Part shown: positions 12,481 to 25,375 of the stretch, one piece after another
How positions within the stretch are numbered: the stretch's first letter is position 1
Layout: the number at the start of each line of letters is the position of its first letter
Source: Azolla caroliniana
Lineage: Eukaryota; Plantae; Polypodiophyta
Assembly: GCA_043228905.1 (NCBI GenBank)
Contig: JBHGNT010000002.1
Span: forward strand, 19,964,001-20,028,000
Direction of reading: 5' to 3'
DNA: 64,000 bases
Made by a program: the position numbers and the translations under genes
The notes under the pieces: generated by a model
Databases searched by the model: none
What the model was told of the DNA's origin: nothing
The model's input: the letters and a program-made list of their open reading frames with translations, nothing else

Positions 12481-14289
12481 AACAGGATCCCACTCGTATT
12501 CTATTGGTCAGTGCACACATTTGATGGTATGGTTCTTCATAAACAAACAAATATTGTGGTGGGAAAGGTATGGGCGAAATTGTAATGAGGATGTATTTTG
12601 TGAATAATACCAAAATGCCATTCATGTGCCTTGGTCGTTGTACCAAAATGAATGCAATGTATATGCATATTTATACCTAAGAGCAATGAAAGGATCAGGC
12701 CACAGAGTCAAATTTCAACCACTGTGAAAATGCAGAAATTTTACGTCAAGATATGTTGGACAGGGAACATCTAAGAAAAATGGATGTACATCGATGTATT
12801 TTGTCATAAATGATGAGATCATTTATCATCCATGTTAATTTTCCATACAAGTTACATTGATACTATCTATACATCCATTATAAAGAAGCATCAAAATTGC
12901 ACAACTTTGCTTATAATCTGCTGACGTTTGGATTCTTCCACTATTCATATAATCAATGTTATTAATTTCATTGAGTTTCTCCCTTTTTATGGTAGGCCCA
13001 TAGGGGCCCTTGGTACTGTCACAAAAGGGGTTTCATGCTTTTGAATGGTTTTATATGATGCTTGCATTCATGTTGGCACTGCGGTCCTAGATTATGGCCA
13101 TACTATCATAAAGATAATACTCTCGAGTAATCCTTCCTGTGAAGCAATAGAAATAATTCAGAAAGAATTTTAGAGAGAACCAAGGAAGAAGCAACACCCA
13201 GTTACCCTTGTACAATTCTAACTAAGTTTATACATTTGTGTTTTGGGAATTTCCAAACATTTCGACATTTGAACAAGTTTCCACCACCATGTGAATGGGC
13301 ATGGCAGCCAGAAGTATTCGTAGTTTGGGTAATCTTTCAGACTGCTTTGTAACTAGGTACAGAAATCACATGGCAACTTTTTTTTATCTAGCAAATAGGC
13401 ATTCTCACATCTTGATCTTGCAAATCAGCAGTCTCAATTGTCCTCAACCTTTGGGATCTGTTATTACATAGGCACATTATCACTTCGCTTCTGTAATTAC
13501 TGAGCTTTGGTGTGGTGGTATGGTTACCTATGCATGCAAACTTCTTGGCATTTTCATCGGCATCATACTCCCATGTTCTTCCTTCGGATCTGATCTGCCG
13601 TTGAGATTTAGAAAACAAAATAAGGAAGCCCATGCAATTTCATGACACAACATCAAGAGGCTCCCCTGGTGTTCTAATGCTTGGCCAATTCTAGCAACCT
13701 TGGTTTGATATAACTCTAATAAATTGGCATGCATGGTCCGATCGAGTTCAATTTGAAGGTGGTACAAATCTTGTGAGCCTCATTTAGTCAAATAAAAAAC
13801 CAATAGTTGCCTTCGCATCGTCCAATGACCTTATGCCTCATGGACTCTCTTGATCCAGGGAATTGACCTGAATGAGGCATACTGACTACTCTATTAGAAA
13901 GACATATAAATGTTTTTTAGGCCAAATGAATAATCATTTGCTCATTCTCTAGTGATCTTACACCACACCAATCCTGTTTTTAACCAAGACAAATAAATTG
14001 GGGGAAGTATAATGGTTGCATACAATAAATTTAGGTTTCCATTATCCCCCAAAAGTGCCATAATGGTTAATCATAATCCCAGATTGTTTGTTTGGTTTAT
14101 TCTAACTCCCACAATGCTAAGTTATCTTTTTTATCTTGTTTACAGTAATTCCCAATATGTCATAACGATTAATCATAAATCCCAGATTGTTGGTTTAGTT
14201 TATTCTAACTCTCGGAATGCCATACAAGTTATCTCTTTTCATAATTTGGTAGGGCTATTCACATATGGGAAAGTTCTAGCATTTTCAAA

Positions 14290-15000
14290 GAGAGAAAGAA
14301 AGAAAGAAATATTAACGTCTTCTAAGGCCAAAAGTGGCCCATGAGACAATTGGTACACAACAAAATAGGGTATTTATCCAATCATAAAAAAAAAAAAAAA
14401 AAAAAAAATAGAACTTAAGCCAAAAGAGTTTTAGTATTGTACAAAACGTGTTATGATGTAACATATTCGATAAAGGAAATGACTTTGTTCTGGGCCTAAT
14501 GTCATTTCCATTCAAGCCTCTCGAAAAGAAGTGGGAGGTCAAAGGGTTTTGGTGTGGGTGTGACCCATGGTCCCGGTCTAGAAGGTACCCCAACCATGGC
14601 TTCTAGGTGGTGTAGCTCATGTTCCCTTATTTTCTTAATTGCTTCTACACCACGTCCAATTGCTTTGAAACTCGACATCTGAGGGCGTTTGGTTCTTCTT
14701 TGGTTTTCTACTTCATCAAGGAAGAGGTTGAGTGGTGCAGGTGTGTCCACATTCGTCGTCTCCCCTTGTCCCTGAAAAACTTCATTTGTTACATGTTGGT
14801 GAATCTTAGAAACGTTATCATCAACATTTTGTAGTTTATTTTCTTTATGTTGTTTTAGCTCTAAGATATATCTGTCTAGCTTCTTTATATGTAGAGTATT
14901 TAATAGTTTGGAGGGTGGGAGAGGGACCGAGTATGTCTCGGTATTTTGCCCTTATCTTGGTGTAAGTTGGACGCTTGCATGTAAAGTGGTACTCATCCTC
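14290..15000 (-). mobile_element. 3' remnant of a non-LTR retroelement ending in the dispersed ggccttagaagacgttaat-(TTTC)n tail
   Basis: The tail motif at 14290-14342 recurs at about 16985-17030, 17650-17705 and 42890-42945. The right boundary is approximate. Confidence 0.45.
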
Positions 15001-15499
15001 TATCTCTATGTGACATGATCTACATATCCTTTCCTCTCTAGGGACGCCATTAGTATGACCATCCTCAATCTCAAGTTAGTGAGATGATATTCTAAGTTGT
15101 CCAATGGCAACCCTTAGTGCATTTGGTAAGAATGCATCTAGATATTTTGATCGTGTAATAAAACCTAACTTAGAGAAGTGCCATGAAGTGTTCCTTATAG
15201 TACAACATTTTAGTTGGGAGTGGCTCTAGTGAGATGATCCATTTATACCATGTGCCATATTGCTTGGTGTATTACTTTATTACGGTCCTCATGAGAGATT
15301 AAAGTGTTATCAATCGTGTGGTTGTACCTAAGGGGTGGTAGGTTATTAATGTATAAACCGTTTGCAAGAAGCCAACTCACCATCATGCCATACCATGAGC
15401 TAGTATAGCCGGACTCATATAGTGATCGAGATACCTCAAAAGCTTAATGAGATATCCTATCATGTGGTTGGATATGTATCCTATGAATAAAGACTACAA

Positions 15500-16565
15500 T
15501 TTAAAAGAGTGCTTCTACTAACATCGAGGGTAATTTGAGAGAGAGAGAATTTTGTAATTCGTTACAAAATGAATTGTTTGTTTCTTCTCAAGTGTTGTTT
15601 TGACATGGAAAAGAGAAGTTGAGGTCTCAATTCAATCATTTATTTTGATTTGGGGTTGTACATTTGGGAGATGTGGTTGATAATGAATCTCAAAGGTTGT
15701 CGAAATTTTATGATGTCAAACAATGGTTATGTATTCCCCCAAATTATGGATTTATTTGGGAGAAATTACAAGATATACCATTGTTGCATGGATCGTTGCC
15801 ATTGAAAACAAATTTTGCACCTTGGGTGGATTGACGGTTACAAGATGGTACACGCTTGTTACAAGTCACTACAAATATATTGTATCATCATGCAATGAAA
15901 TCGTTATCTTGGTTATCACCTAAAGTAGAAAAGGTATGGAATGTAAGTCGACTGCAAGGTGGTGGAAAATATTAGAAAGTGGTTGGCATTCCCATTTGCC
16001 ATTTTGTGTAAAGGTATTCATATGGAGAGTCAGTGATTGATGGGCTTCCATTAGGTTCAACCTTAAAGAGACGAGGACTAGGGTCAAGCACTTGTTTCTT
16101 TTGCACTGTTCCATTGGAGGATAGTACACATAGGTTCATTAAATGTCTTATAACGTGTATTATTTGGAAGTATTTATTGAATGTTTGGCAAGTTTTAAGG
16201 TCCCTATGTTATTTGAGACCTTAGCAATGGGTTTTTTCTCATTATGTTCAAAATGGTTCAAATGATGAGATAGAGATATTGTTCCAATTTTTTCGTTATT
16301 GGGGACTGCAACACAATTGGAATATGTATGCATAATGCTTTCATGTTTGATAGTAAACATGGGGGGTGAAAGGCTGCCTATATGAAGAAGTTGAAAGGTA
16401 ATCTTATGTGGAATTTTTGGATGTTAGTTAGAGTAGGTGGGGGGGATCATTTCTTCAAATGTATATTCGGGTTTTCTAATGGCATTACAAGACCTAAGAA
16501 GTATCGTAACTGTGGATTTTACATACAATCAAAATATAATCGTGTGTTTTTACCCAAAAAAAAAG
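15500..16565 (+). mobile_element. 5'-truncated L1 LINE fragment related to the 4185-8980 element
   Basis: GLPLGSTLKRRGLGSSTCFFCTVPLEDSTHRFIKC parallels GLPLGDALCKRKIASGLCFFCMVEVEHSRHRFISC. The 3' end aatataatcgtgtgtttttacccaaaaaaaaa resembles 8953-8980. Confidence 0.8.
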
Positions 16566-16574
16566 AAAGATATA

Positions 16575-16909
16575 GGGAAAAGTACCAGGATACCCCTGTA
16601 AGTTCGTCTATTGACCAGAATGCCCCTGGAAGATCCAAATTTATCAAACAACCCCTATGTCCAAAATATTACACTTTATAAAGTAATTATACATTCAAAT
16701 CAACAAGCCCTATTTACCAAAGATGGAAGAAATAGACCCGAACTAGCCCTATTTCTTCCATCTTTGGTAAATAGGGCTTGTTGATTTGAGTGTATAATTA
16801 CTTTATAAAGTGTAATTTTTTGGACATAGGGGTAGTTTGGTAAATTTGGAACTTCCAGGGGCATTTTGGTAAATAGACGAATTTCCAGGGGTATGCTGGT
16901 ACTTTTCCC
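16575..16909. mobile_element. Mutator-like foldback MITE (nearly the entire element is an inverted repeat)
   Basis: Ends gggaaaagtaccag...ctggtacttttccc, arms of about 160 bp, and a perfect 9-bp TSD aaagatata (16566-16574 / 16910-16918). Confidence 0.93.
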
Positions 16910-17207
16910 AAAGATATATATATATATTGTGGTGTGCATGTGTTTTATGTGCATTTCACAATATAGAGAGAGAGAGAGAGAGAATGAATGAAAGATATAT
17001 TAACGTCTTCTAAGGCCAAAATTGGCCCATGCCATTTTTGGGGGGTAATTATGTACTAATAATGACAATAGGCCAAGATCGATGGGGGGTATTTTTGTAA
17101 TTTTCAGAAACCCAAGTCTGTCTCTGCAGAAGACACCATCCATTATCTTCTCTCCCACTCTTTTCAAACTCTGAGAGCTGAAGTGAGTGAGTGAGTGCCT
17201 GACGGAT

Positions 17208-17569
17208 ATGGCGCTTCAGCTAATGTCCGCCTTCCTTCCTTGCAGCTACAACAGTTTCCCCCCTCTCAGAGCACCCTTCTGGAGACACAGCCTATCTTTC
17301 AGGGCCTCATCACACAATCTCTCCGAAGCTTCTTCATGTGAAGGAGGATTAACCCTTCCTCATTCCCCTTCGACAGATATATCTGCCCTGAAGATTCTAC
17401 TGGACCAGGAATTGGCTTCTGGTAACGAAAGGAGAGCCCTAGATTTGATTGCATCGAGTGGCCTCCGAGGCTTCGGCACTGCTTCACAGGTTCTAACTTC
17501 ACATTGTTTGCAGACTTTGTACTCCTCCCCACACTCACGTTTCTTGAGTTTCTGAGACCTATATGTATG

Positions 17570-17603
<34 letters not shown>

Positions 17604-20600
17604 TTTGCGCTTCATAAAATCGCAATATGCCTAGATAGGAATTAATAGAAAAGAAAGAAGAAGATATATTAACATCTCTAGAAGGCTATAGTGGCCTATC
17701 CCATTGGAAAAAGATCACAACTGTTTATGTTAACATGTCAATGTGAGTAATAAAAGAAAAATATATCTTTCCATTCTAGCTCCGTAAAAGTAAATGGTTG
17801 GAAAAATCTAATCATGAAGATAACCACCAGTTGGGTTTGGTGCCTGAGCAACGGGAGCTCGAATTTCTGCCTTGTGAAAATATCCATCACGGCTTGATCC
17901 TATATAGAAAGTTTGGTGGGGCAAGGAGGATGTTTCCATTCCCACGAGTCATGTGAGGATGAATCTGTCCCTATATGAAGATACGACATCAGGATGTCCT
18001 GGTTGGTGTTTACAACATCCATGACAAAGAGCAATGATTCTAGCATTAATGACTCAATGCTGGCAGGGATGTTTGGTCAAGGATTTTACTCTAATGAGCA
18101 GTGTGATAAAAGGCTTTTGATGCTGAAAAAGGTCTACTCTAATAAGCTTTGCAATTGGAAGTTCACATTGTCTGAGGGAGAGAATGCTGTGTGGGATAAT
18201 AGAGCATAGGACATGGCCAAAATATTTTGGAAAAGCAAAATTTAATGCGGTTGAAGGTTGAGCAGTAAAGTAAAATGTGATACTAATCACACACTCTCTC
18301 CGGCATCATGTGCATTTATAAAGAGATCCCTTGCTTGTAGCATAACACCCTAATTTTCAACAGAAGAGAGGTGTTGGTGATGCTGCAGTATTGCCCTCAG
18401 AAGGCCTGTGATGTGGCCTATGAGACCCATAAGACAATGCTACAGGAGGGTCCTCCTTTTGAGGAGAGATGTTGATGATTCATTATCTTCTTCGGAAGGC
18501 TTGTGGGACCCATAAAACAATTTTTGAAAGGCGTTTGGAGGTAGTGGCTGGGGAAGTGTGCCTGCACATATGCTGTTGTCAATTTTGAGATCATACAATG
18601 TCCGGCATCCAGTGAGATGCCTTCTCTAATTGTAACTCATGCTTTATGGTGGGGTGTTTTTTATTCTTGGGGCTTATGGCTGGGGGAATGTGCCAGTCTA
18701 TACCTGTTGTTAATTTCGAGATCATACAATGTCTGGGGAGGTGCTGTTGTTTCACACTTGCATGAAGCATACTAGCGATCTATTATAGTGATTACAGGAT
18801 TGCTCTTATCGCTTTCTCACCTCATTGTTTGAACCATTTGCATGTATCATGTACTCAACGCTAAGAGGTAATTTCATTCGTGCTGGCCAGCGGTATTTTG
18901 CTGCTACATTACTTTTACAGTTGGCGAGATATTTGACACCACTCAAGCATGGGTAATGAAATCAGAACCAATTTTGTCCCCATCTAAACATGACCAAGGC
19001 AGAAAAGAATAGAGTGATTTATTAAAGTTGATAATGGAAGAACATGGATAACCTCACAATGTCTCGTGGTAGAAAGATGACCGACTATAAGGCACACAAT
19101 TTACATACATCTGAGGATGGATTCATCATTAGGCCCTCTTATATGAACATACATTGATTCCATGCATTGTTGTAGAATACTTAGCATAAAATACGTATGC
19201 TAAGTATTCTACAAGCATTCGAACTTTTTTTTTTAAGAATACTTAGAATACGTATTTTATAGATAAAATACGTTAAATACTTAGAATACGTGTAGAATAC
19301 TTGTAAAATATGTTAAATACTTCTTAACATTTAAAGTTTTTTTCTTCAAAAAAATAAATTTAAAAGTTAAAAAAAATTTAAAACTTTTTTGAAATGATAA
19401 ATAGTTGTTAAATTTGTAGAATACGTAAAATATGTCAAATTTTAAAAAACGGCAGTTCTAAAACGTAGAATACATGTAGAATACTTCAGAGTATTCTAAA
19501 ATGTATTCTAAACGTAATATAAGTGTTTTTTAACAACTATGATTCCATGTGCTGTGCAATGTGATATTGCAGCTGGGGATCTCTTCACAACAATGAAATA
19601 TTGGGTAGGGTGCTATGCTCACTTACCTCTGAAAGAAAGAATTTGCCAATTGTGTCATTAGGGATGGAATATGAAGAACACTACATGTATAAAGGTTTAT
19701 AAATTTGTCAAAACTTATAGATGGTTTTTACACCTTTTCTATCTTCTCAAATGCCTTGTAATGATTTTGGCAGGTTCCGCAGAGGCAGTATTCAATTGCA
19801 GATTTGCGTTTAAATGATATTGAACCAAGTTCATTCTTGTCTCCTGTTGATTCAACACTTGGTCAAGTCCAGAGGAACTTACAAATAGCTGCTGTAGCTG
19901 GCTCTATAGTGCTATGGCAGACCTTGCATCCAAGTCAGTTTCAAGTGCTCTCTGCTTTTTTGGCTCTTACTTTCATCTCAGGTGTTGATCTGGTTAGATA
20001 TCCAGTCCCTTAATGCCATGTCCGTCCAAACAACTCATGCTATCTTTTTGTTAACTTGTTTACTAGTGTTTTTATTTGTTCTACATGACACCATTGATTT
20101 CATGACACTTCAAGATTGTTAAAAGCTTAAACGTTTTGGATAATTTGGGAATGTGATTCATGACATTACATAAGAGTAAGAATCTCAAAAAATTCCAAAA
20201 GAAATCTGTTAATCAAGGTCTTTCTGACGATATGCCAAACTACTTTAGTGCATTAAAAGCTAGTTTATTTCTCAAGTGTGAAATGGGAAATTATGAAAAT
20301 TTTGAATCGGGTGTTATTGGTAATATGTGTAGGGGAATTTGTTGAATGAACTGTATTATGGGAACTTTCTTAACTTGTTTTCTAGGCATGATCTGGCAGT
20401 CAGAATTATTTGCACAGGCATTGTTTGTAGATCCTTTGGAACTGTTGATAGTTACTGTGTGTTTTTTTGTGCTCATATTCCAAATGCATAACATGAAAAA
20501 AACTCCCTGAAGCTGATTTGTTCACCTTTCATTGCACAAAACTTGTTGATAATGTGGGGACATCATGGTTGATGATGACAGTGATGGGATTCCTGGTAAG

Positions 20601-23600
20601 GTGGATGGGAATCAACTGGGTAAATAGAGAACCAGTTCGTGGATAATTCTTTATCCATAAAATGAAAAGGTTGATGCTGACTAGGGAACTTTATAGAAGA
20701 TCTTGCTGATGTCATAAGAAGAGGTATAAGTGATCAGGGTTCTTTCTGGAAGCCACATGACTGGCCTTCTGGGAGAAAGAAATTAAAAAAGAAAAGCTCT
20801 ATAGTAGCCAAAATTGCCCATGGCCTTTAGTCATGTGACCCAAAATTGCCACCATTATGATATATATTGATATCTCACGTGTCCTCTGTATAGATGTTCA
20901 ATTTCCATTCTGATGATAGTGTGTCATATTGTTAAGCTTAGAAGGTTTAAGTGTAAGGTAGTGATTAACTCTGACTGAAGGTAGCCCTTGAACCTGATCC
21001 ATTGGGTCACTTGTATAGAAATCCTCAGGTAGTAGGTTAAACTATAAGAATCCTGGTCCTAATGGGAAACATTTAACAGAATTCTTGGAGCTTGATAAAT
21101 AACTTATAAAGCATGAAATAATTCAAACTTCAAACAATCCTCTCAGAGTGCTGTAAAAAATTCAAGAATGGCCTGTGTGATTGGGGGGGGGGGGGATTGT
21201 TTCCTGCTTTATGAATATGGGTTTGAATCAACAATGTTATTGGTGGCTAGTCATAGAATAGGTATCATATGAATAATATTTATACCTACAAGTATTTTTG
21301 TTGCAAAGTGTTGTGTTACTCCTTTGTGTCTACAAATGGTTAGACACTGAGATATGAACTTCTAATTTGCTTCCATAAGGGTGACTTTGGAAATATATCA
21401 TGTGCCATTGAATCCAAAATCAGCTGATATCGAAGTCTGTTATGTTGATGAAATGTGTATATCTACATGTGCTATGCAGGAAACAAGTTTGTTTAGTGTG
21501 AAATTTTGCTTGATTAAGAATGGATTCAGCAACTTGTGTTTGTAATAAATTTGTTTCATGTCATAAAGGTACTCAATAATGGAGGAATGGAAGCGTTAAT
21601 TCTTGATACTATTGGAAGGGTTTTAAGCAGAAAGTACAAAAGTAGAGTTGCGCAGGTATTTGAGGCTATGGTTTTTAATCATGGATAAAAAATGCAGCTT
21701 GTGTGGTTGAATGAAATGTCATAAACAATGAAATATTACAGGAAAAGAATGGTGAACCCCAGTTCCCATCTATAGAATGCGATAGGTGGAGACAGGAGTT
21801 TGCAGTAGCTGTAAAATGCAGACATGGGATCTTGATAATCGCGTAAATAGCTGCAAGAAGCACCTCAGGTCTGAGATGGCACAGATCATATTCTTCCTTA
21901 TTTTATGAGTAGAATTTTCAGGGTTACAACTAGGGTTGCAATTCTGAACCAACGAGAGCCTATAAACACTTGCCACTTATCTTTTTGACTGCCTATGTAG
22001 TATGACTGCTGTCTATTCAATAGAGAAATGGATGGCATTGGATTATGCTAATTTATACTAATGGCAGCTGAGATCTAAGAGTTTTGGCGTTCGATATGCA
22101 AACCACTTTGTTGCTAGCTTCACTTAGATGGCCAATATCACAAGAAAAAGTTGTCCCAGCCTTTGTCATTTTGAAGTGGTGGTGGTGATGTTGATGATGA
22201 TATATTAACATCCGCTGTGTGCCAACATGACCCATGGAACCAATAATCCTTAGAAAACACTCTTCCCAACTCTGTAGCTGGAGGATTTTTAAAATGAAGA
22301 GAGAATGAGAGAGATTCTCCTCACATACTTGGTGATGAGGCCCCATGGTTGATCTACATTGGAGATACTGGCCACTGTATAGCATGAGTCTGAAGGGTCA
22401 CTGCTGGCTCAATGCTCATACAGCAGATCAGAGAAAAGAAGGAAGAATTTCTTTTCAGCTTGGGGATACTCTCAGCTTTTCTATGATTTAACTTGCTTTG
22501 ATGTCTCCTTAGTATTCTCTTTGCTTTCACCCTTGTGATATTCCTTTTCATTACACATCCCTCAATGGTTTATTGTTTGCGTCCTTCTTTAAATCGTATC
22601 CTGACAGAATCACTTTGCCAATATATGGTTCCATAAAAATATTCTATGTTTATATATCTCTCTCTTTAACATCCAAAACTTGTTTTGCTTGGAAGCATGA
22701 AGCAGGCCATTTTCTAATCGCTTATTTGCTTGGAGTACTTCCAAAGAGTTATACACTATCGAGTTTAGATGGTTACCTTAAAGAGGGTTCTTTGAATGTT
22801 CAAGCTGGCACAACATTCATTGATATTGATTTCCAAGAAGAGGTACCGATAGATTTTTCTTGTGTTTCTGGTCTGATATTTATCTTTTTGATTGAATATG
22901 AAGAGTGTGATGCAGGTTAAATCTGGAAAGCTTTCATCAACGGTAAGTAATGTCATTTGATAGATATTCAATAATTCTCAGATTGTTTGTAGAACAGTTT
23001 CGGCATACTACATGCATACCCAAGTGCAGCTTCTACACTGCTCAATATAATTGTCTAACAAGTTGGGTTATCTTTTAACAATTTTACGCAACATATTGAA
23101 AGCCTTTGTTATAGCTGGTTTTTAGATATGTCAAACTTTTTGAACGAGTGCCAATTTATCTTTTTCACACCTCGCAGTTAGAAGGGAGACATTCTATGGG
23201 ATTGACAATACTTTTGCAGAATTTGTAGGACAGTTTATTTTAAACTACGCTACTGCTGAGGCTGGTTGAGTGTCATCTCCTTCAATTAGGATAATGATCC
23301 ATTGCTAGCACCATGGTATCAACCATGATAATTATCTTGGTGAGGAAGAACTAGAGTAGTAATGTCTCATCAGAACTGTAGACAATATAAGAGATAGATA
23401 GATATCATTAACATCCACAGGAGAGCAATATGGTTTCTATTGCGCACAGGGCAGAGCCCATCATGAGGATTGAACTTCGGTTCTCTCAATTTTATGACTT
23501 TGAGATGTATTACCTTATACAGGCTTAGTGGATGAACAACCTTTGAGTTGGGATCTAAAATATTTGTCTTTGTTTCATTTTTGTGAAAATATGATTATCT

Positions 23601-24772
23601 ATATCTCTGGAGTCTCCATGAAGTAATAATACTCCATGAAATTATTGGATGCAGGAGAATGATTTGATATTCATGAAATAACTTGAAAATCATTATTTTT
23701 TATTTGCTAATCTCATGTCATTCCGAACATTCTCTTTGTGAATAAATACTGTGTAGACATTGAACAAATATACATGTATAGCATTGGCGGGTGTGGCAAC
23801 AGAATATCTTCTATTTGGACTAGCAGAAGGTGGCATAGGAGACGTACAACAGGTTTTATCCTTAAAAACATATAAAAATAACTTAAGAAAGTCTTATTTG
23901 TCTGGTGTTTGTATTTCCTTTAGCTGCAATCCATTACTTGCCATCAAAAGTGACAATTTTGGTAGTGATTGGATGGTAACGGTTGAAAACAAAACCATTC
24001 TCTAATGGCAATGCTATGTGTTTATGTTTTCAAGCATAATCACTATCATGCAATAGTTGATTGTATAAAATGTAAGGTAATCTATATGGGGTCTTGACTA
24101 TTTGAAAGCAGGAGATTCTTTTCCTATTGAGATGGATTACCGACATCTAGCTCTCTTGTTAAAATATATAGGAGTGTAGAGATAGCTGAATAATGATGCC
24201 CCATATCATGTTTGAAGTAGGGGTAATTTAAATATGGAAAATTGCTGAAATATGTGTATAAGTTACAGAGATTACATTAGTATGCTTGTTTGATTTTCAA
24301 AATTACTGAAATATGCTTGATTAGAGCTGAAACTCCTATTCACATGAAAATTAATATATTTATAGTGTACATTAGTTTAAAATGCCTAATGTAATCATAA
24401 TTAAGGATTACTGTAATTTTCCTAACAATATTGATTAATGTAACATTGATTATTATCGCTGCTTCTAATTCAGATTAAGAATTAATTGGATAGTTGATTG
24501 ATGGACCTAAGAGAGAAATAACTTTTGAATATACAGAGCATTTTGTAACCATGTTGTGTGTCATGCAGTTGGACAGCCTCTTCAAGAGTCTGAATTTCAC
24601 ACAAATGAAGGCCGATTCACAAGTTCGATGGGCTGTTCTTAATACAATAACTATTCTGCGAAGGCATAAGAGCACACTTTCAAAACTTGCATCCGCCATG
24701 TTATCACAAAAATCTATAGGTGAGTGCATTGAGCTTATTGAAACTGAACTTGCCAAGACATCTGAGATATAA
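17208..24772 (+). CDS. Plastid-targeted peptidase M41/FtsH-like HEAGH protein (At5g27290 'stress regulated protein'/VIR3-related family), about 353 aa
   Basis: Exons 17208-17489, 19774-19992, 21569-21655, 22696-22842, 22916-22942, 23757-23852, 24569-24772, all phase 0 with GT-AG introns. Motifs RGFGTASQVPQR, LSPVDSTLG, RVAQHEAGHFLIAYLLG, CIALAGVATEYL, QVRWAVLNT; Ser-rich transit-like N terminus. Confidence 0.92.
19165..19541. mobile_element. hAT-type MITE in intron 1
   Basis: Imperfect TIRs cattgttgtagaa / ttttaacaactatg, an 8-bp TSD attccatg on both sides, and repeated subterminal tagaatac motifs. Confidence 0.85.
19555..19690 (+). mobile_element. Small RTE-like LINE 3' fragment (same family as 40180-42100)
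   Basis: Encodes AHLPLKERICQLCH...EYEEHY, matching the IPLEE..CQLCH..EEH motif near 41100-41200 on the minus strand. Confidence 0.6.
23390..23530 (-). mobile_element. Possible tRNA-derived SINE in an intron
   Basis: The minus strand has a B-box-like aagttcaatcc and ends gatgttaatgatatct(atct)n, similar to the dispersed gacgttaatatatct tail. Confidence 0.35.
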
Positions 24773-25340
24773 AGATGGCAATTGTATTGAATTGAAAACC
24801 ACTGTTCTTGTTGATATATGATTATTGTAATGTAAATACTATAAATCAATAAATGCCCAGCATTCAATAGGAAACAACTCATCCCAAATATGAAATGTAT
24901 AAAGCAATTTCATGCAACTGTTATTCCCTACTAGAGAAAAGTTATGTGATTATCCCTAGCATAAGGGTAATTATATTGAATTTTTTAGTATGTAAATCTG
25001 CTGTACTTTTCTAGCTGGTGAATGTGGGTTCCATCCACACTGACAGGCTGTGTCATGTAACCACGATGATTGGACCTAGGGCGTGGGTTCAACGTGCATG
25101 TTTACGTGCTAAAATGGTGAGTTTAAGGAGTCCTTGTCACTGTATGATGATGCAGTTAAGATTTGAAGTGGACAGGTGGGAATCCAAGTAAAAAATTGTA
25201 ATGTTCACACTAATATGAAGGGTGTTTACATTAATACTTAGGTGTAAAAGGTACCAAAATTCGGACCCTGCATGTTAGCTCATGATAGAAAAGTAGAGCT
25301 ACTCTTACTTTTGCTATTATTAGGCCGAAACTATTGAACG

Positions 25341-25375
25341 GGCCTCAAATCAGGCGAGACTACCCGCTGAGTTAA
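25341..25375 (+). pseudogene. Isolated fragment of the 5' end of 25S/26S (LSU) rRNA
   Basis: ggcctcaaatcaggcgagactacccgctgagttaa matches the conserved LSU start (gacctcagatcagg...acccgctgagtttaag); no other rDNA is seen nearby. Confidence 0.65.

Noticed and set aside
10230-12646. Several minus-strand ORFs over the PPR gene
   Set aside because: Antisense shadows of the PPR coding sequence.
13388-13870. Coding-like minus-strand segment (LQIELDRTMHANLLELYQTK...)
   Set aside because: Contains stops, and I could not recognise a family or consistent exon structure; it may be a pseudogene fragment but is unsupported.
17800-18760. Assorted direct repeats and LINE-like scraps in intron 1 of the HEAGH gene
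   Set aside because: Too degraded to assign boundaries or family by eye.
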